DNA from: the human T2T-CHM13v2.0 reference genome, Homo sapiens
Strand: one strand, 5' to 3'
NCBI RefSeq assembly: GCF_009914755.1
Contig: NC_060928.1
DNA length: 64,000 nucleotides
Part shown: one piece after another, positions 57,401 to 64,000 of the stretch
How the letters are laid out: each line of letters opens with the position of its first letter
How positions within the stretch are numbered: the stretch's first letter is position 1
The notes under the pieces: model-generated
Database searches by the model: none
What the model saw: the letters and a program-made list of their open reading frames with translations, nothing else
Told to the model about the DNA's origin: nothing
Translations under genes and position numbers: made by a program

Positions 57401-58134
57401 TCCACCTTTGGTCCTTTTTCCTGTGAGACCAAAAGAGCTTTGTAAATAAATTATATTAGAAGAGATTAAAAATTTAAAAACAGACCCTTAAAAGAGATTA
57501 AAAATTCGAAAACAGACCCAAAATCCTAGATGGTCTTATAAATATCATTAAAACGATCTTGAAGACCGATTTGACTGTCGTATAACTCTAAGAACAAATA
57601 CTCATTCCAGGGAGGATCTGAGAAGACATCTGTGGTCTAGAATGATTCTGGGAAATGTAGCCACTCTGGAGGCCATTTCTTAGTAAGAGAAGTAACCAAG
57701 CTCTCTAGGTATTTGGCTCCACTGCTGGCCGAATTCTTCAGCACCCACAAATCCAAACCGCAAATCCACCCACTTCTGGTGTTAGAGTATCATACATCTC
57801 AGTGTCTAATTCATTATTTCTCTCTTCCTTCAAAAGAATTGCCAAAAGTATTTCCTAACTTGAGTGAAGTAACACTTAAATGTCCTAGGTCCATTTTTTA
57901 AATGTAATAAGTGATACAACACTTTAATTCTACTTGCATATGTTTAACAACATAATTGCAGTTTAATTTTTTTTTCTCTGCTGTGTTTCTTTCCTAACAA
58001 GTAAGTATTACATTGTAAGGTCTAAAATATAAATTGTGTGTTGGTAGCTAATATAAAAAGCTTTTACTTTCTTCTAAGTAAATTGTGAAGGTCAGAAGGA
58101 ACAATATTGTTTATCTGCTATTTCTTCCCTCTAG

Positions 58135-58347
58135 GAGCATTTCATGGAAGTAATCAGAAACCAGGAATTTGTATTATTACCAGCCAGCGAAATTGCAAAG
58201 CTCTTGGCTAGTGATGACATGAACATTCCTAATGAGGAGACAATATTGAATGCACTTCTTACTTGGGTCCGTCATGATTTGGAACAGAGACGGAAAGATC
58301 TAAGTAAACTTTTGGCTTATATTAGGCTACCTCTTCTTGCACCACAG
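58135..58347 (+). CDS. KLHL5: KLHL5 coding exon, BACK domain
   Basis: Acceptor tttcttccctctag|GAG. Encodes [71 protein letters not shown]. Donor CAG|gtaatt. 213 nt, phase 0-0. Confidence 0.96.
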
Positions 58348-58451
58348 GTAATTAATAGGCACTTGTTTATAGGAATTTTTCTTTGCCTATTCTATCAAAG
58401 AAAATAATTGTACATGTATTCCTATGAAACGTGTAGGTGAAAAGATAGTGA

Positions 58452-58869
<418 letters not shown>

Positions 58870-61304
58870 TAATTGACTCAGCTACAAACCTATCCTACCA
58901 ATTGGAGGAGAATTACCAAAACTGCTAATAAAAGGAGCACTGGACTCTTGAAACCAGAAAATTTAGATTAATTTCTTTGCCCCATGTTTATTAAGTATCC
59001 ACTAAATATTGGATTCTGGTGATATATAGATTAACAAGGTATATTAATAGTCAAAGCTCTGACATTTTAAAACTCTGTGACTTGGCATATTCACACAGCT
59101 GAGTTTCTTCATCTGTCAAGTAGAGATAACATCTTCCCTGACTACCTCACAGGATTATTATAAGGATCAGAAACATGCTCTATGATATAAAATGTGCTAT
59201 GAATAAAAATATTATTTCAGAATTAAGAGATATCTAGTTGGTGTGTTCAAGGCAATCAGTCATAACATTTACATGCATAGTTTTCCCCTTTTTACAATTT
59301 TCACTGGAATATATAAAAATTTTCCCTGCATACTTTGCTGCCTATCTCAAGGCCTTGAATGCTGAAAGAGGTCTTGAAAGCAGAAAAAGAATGAGCTGTT
59401 ACTGTTCAAGTTCAGACTTTCTTTTTCTTTTTTTAATTTAAAGTGTCACAAGTGTTCTCATATTTGCAGTTATCTTGAGCATAATGTATTATTTCCTGCT
59501 GTTGTGAGCAAAAGTTACTGTTTGTTTTTTACAGAGACAGTAATCAATATGGATGCTTTCTAAGACCTTCCTCTTCAGAAATAGAATATTGTATGAATAC
59601 ATAGAACTGAAACTGCATGTGTTGATGATAATTCAGGAAAAGTAACATAATAAAATGTTTCTCTTGAAATCAGATTTTTAAAAGGGAGTTACATTTTTAC
59701 TGCTACTTAGCAGATTTTTAAAAATTCTTTCTAGATGAAATCAAACCGAATTTGAAAAATCCGATTCGACTTTGAGAAGAATCTGTGTAATTAAGTAACC
59801 TGACAATTGACTTCACTTCTGTAGTTTCAGATATTTATGATACTATATTTGCATGACTCTCATAGACCTTTAAAATATCTCTTATCCAGGATACTGCTGA
59901 TAATCCTAGCCATAAGTTCTTAGGGTTGAAAGGCATTTTGGAGATCATTTGTTCGAACACCTGTTGTACAAATGAAGTGACAGACCAAAAAAGTAAATCC
60001 ATATGTTCAAAATTACAATGTGATTGCATAAATTCCTCTCTTTCTGCATTGTAGTTTTATTTAGTTTTTGCTATTTGGCTAACATCATAGGGCTAATAAG
60101 AGGCAGAGGTGGGACTTGAACCCAAGTACAGTTCTGTGCCTTGTCCACTAAACCATTCTGCCTCTTGAGTGTACTGTGTGTAAAATTGCTGGGGGTGGCA
60201 GGGAGATGGTATCAGATGGTGGAAGAAATAGATTAAAAAAATAAATCAGTGATTATAATGAGATGAAGACTGTGACAGATACATGAATGTGGCATTCTGA
60301 AAATAATAGAAGTAGCCCACCAAAAAGAGGGGGTTTTGACGAGAAGGCAGGGAGAATTTCTTACAGTGTTATTTGATCCACATTATGAATTAGCCACCCA
60401 AAAGAGGGGGCATGATAACCAGGAGAAATAGGAGCTTGTACTTCATCATGAAGTCATGAGCAAATATATTGTGTTTTGGAATTTGAAGGTAGTTTGCATG
60501 GCTGGACTGCAGAAATAAAAGGGGATAAAGTAAAGAGATGAGGCTGAAGAGGGGAATGGACCAGAACATGGAGAACCTCTAGTTATGCCAAGGAGTTTGA
60601 ATTTTATCCTGAAAGCAATGAGGAAGCACTAAAGGATATTTTAATAGGAATTTTATTTCAGAAATTTTATTTTATTTCAGAAAGATTACTATAACTGCAT
60701 TGTGGAGAATGGATCTGAGGGGTCAAAGCCAAAAACCAATTAGGAAGGCTTTTGGAATTCAGACAAGTGAATTAGGCACACTGTGGCAGTGGATATAGAT
60801 AGAAATTACCAGACTCAAGAGCTATTTATGAGGTCAAATTGACAAAACTTCATGACTGAATGGTGAAGGTATACAAAAAGAGGAATCAAGAATGACTCTG
60901 ATTTGTGCAATTAGGTTAATTAAAAGGTGCCGGCAATTGAAACAAGGAATATAGAATGAAGAGCTAATTCAGGGAATGGGGAAGGAAGTTGAAGAATCAT
61001 GTTCCCAAAGCTTCTTGGCACCTTTAATTCTTTTAGAGTCTAAGGACTCTGAAGTCCTTAGACTTTTTTGAAAACTACTTCCTTAGATTGTTGAATCCAA
61101 AGGCAAGAGAATGACACTGGCCAAGGAGTACACAAGAGTGCTTGGGATGGAACCCTAGGAAACACAGTATATAGTGGTTGTTCCCAAACCTGGCTAATTA
61201 ACTGAGTGTTATTAAAAATTGATGTCACACTTGAAAAAGGACGAAGTTTTATCATCATCCTTTGCTACAGAGAAGACAAGGAAGAAAAATCCAGTGGATT
61301 AGCC

Positions 61305-61487
61305 CAGTGGTTCTTAAAGTGTGATCCCTAACAGGAAGATCAGCACTACTGGGGAACTTCTTGGAAATACAGATTAGGCCTCACCCCACACCTACTGAAT
61401 ATGAAACTGTGGGGCTGGGGCCTGGCAAATGGTGTTTTAATAAGTCTTCCAGTGGCTTTGATGCATCCTCAAGTTTGAGAACCATTA
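61305..61487. mobile_element. MER5A-like hAT element
   Basis: cagtggttcttaaagtgtg...cctactgaat...gttttaataag...caagtttgagaacca. Confidence 0.8.
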
Positions 61488-62010
61488 TCCACCACAAGTA
61501 GTGGTGATGGAAGCCACATTGCCTTGTATAATTTAAACAAGTTACTTTACCTCTCAGAACATTTTTCTTTCCTACAGTGATAATACTGTGCTGCAGTATT
61601 GTGACATTTAGAGATATTGTCAGGGTTGATTTTTTTTCATTGCCAAAAGTGAATGGCAAGATTGCAGAATTAGAGTTATCAAGTAATAAAGTTTTGAAGT
61701 AGACACTAAAATAATGAAGAAAATGTTGGATTGTATTCGGTATGTTTTATTTTAAAAGGTAGGAAAATATAACAATCATTAAATTGCCATATGCCAATCA
61801 AATAATAAATGACTAATATTTTAAAAATTGGGATTAGGTCTGTTTACCAAGAGAATTTATTTTTGTGAAATAGTTCCTTTTCCAATGATACCAACTAAAT
61901 GAGATTTTATTCTACTCTGTTAATATGAAACATTCCACTTACCCTAGCTAGAAGGGATTCAACTTACATACAGTAATTTTATCATCGTGTCTCCAACAGT
62001 AGACTCTTAA

Positions 62011-62398
<388 letters not shown>

Positions 62399-62425
62399 TA
62401 ATCCAGAAGAGAAGTATTTATGGTC

Positions 62426-63016
<591 letters not shown>

Positions 63017-63236
63017 GATTGATTTTATTTTACTTTTGAAAGCATTCCAAACATTTCAATTTGATCAAATTTTAAACCATGTGAATAGAAATACAGGACA
63101 TATATACATTATTTAAAAGATTTTGACACCTAAATTATGAACGTTTTCAATGTTTAGCCTGAATTTATAAGTATCTGAGTCTCCACTATTCTGCTCTCAG
63201 TTTAGTATTGTTTTCTACAGAAAGTCAGAAATATAA

Positions 63237-63608
<372 letters not shown>

Positions 63609-64000
63609 TCCAAAACATTTTTTTAACATCTATAGAGTTAATAAATTATTCACATTCTATTTGTGTTTGAGGGGACAGTTTTAGAGCAATAGTCATAAGG
63701 TGAACAAATACGAAAGTGAGGATAAAAATTTACAAAATGAAAATTTATTCCTGTATTATGAATGCTTTCAGTTTAATAATTTGCTCTTCTTTTGTAGCAG
63801 AGAAGGCATTTAGTATTCACCAAAAATGCAGAGTTCATGAAATTATATATTTTGTAGTTTTTCTCTCAGTGTCTTCTGAATAATTTTCTAAATGATACCT
63901 GGTTCCTCCCATTTGATTAATCTGATACTTAGATTAATGGCTTTTCTTACTCAAATAAAATTAATCCTACTTATTCATAATTTATAGATACTATCTGTAT

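Noticed and set aside
57645-57662. TTCTGGGAAATGTAG (STAT/ZNF143-like motif)
   Set aside because: Isolated motif; similar strings are common in MaLR LTR fossils (cf. about 46150), with no other promoter features.
61037-61069. Resemblance to a bacterial intrinsic terminator
   Set aside because: Human intronic context, so the mechanism does not apply; kept only as a hairpin observation.

Overview
Human (primate) genomic DNA, AT-rich and Alu-dense, recognisable as the TMEM156 / KLHL5 head-to-head locus. Minus strand: the first coding exon of TMEM156 (3995..3908, MTKTALLKLFVAIVITFILILPEYFKTPK) and part of its intron 1. Plus strand: the KLHL5 CpG-island first exon (donor at 16764) and five coding exons (34177/34221-34697, 47582-47764, 52717-52853, 53577-53773, 58135-58347). 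These splice in frame to give the N-terminus, BTB and part of the BACK domain; the Kelch exons lie beyond the window. The rest is about 35 Alus plus L1, L2, MIR, MaLR and DNA-transposon fossils and microsatellites. Most long ORFs in the supplied track are Alu- or GC-composition artefacts. The most unusual observation is a short CUG-initiated reading frame in the CpG island (17033-17209). It resembles the start of the KLHL5 BTB domain across an exon junction; the alignment is short and needs a significance test. Other leads are a three-frame uAUG cluster before the TMEM156 start, a candidate TMEM156 poison exon, and a candidate intronic KLHL5 exon or promoter near 25 kb. Repeat boundaries and subfamilies were read by eye and are approximate.
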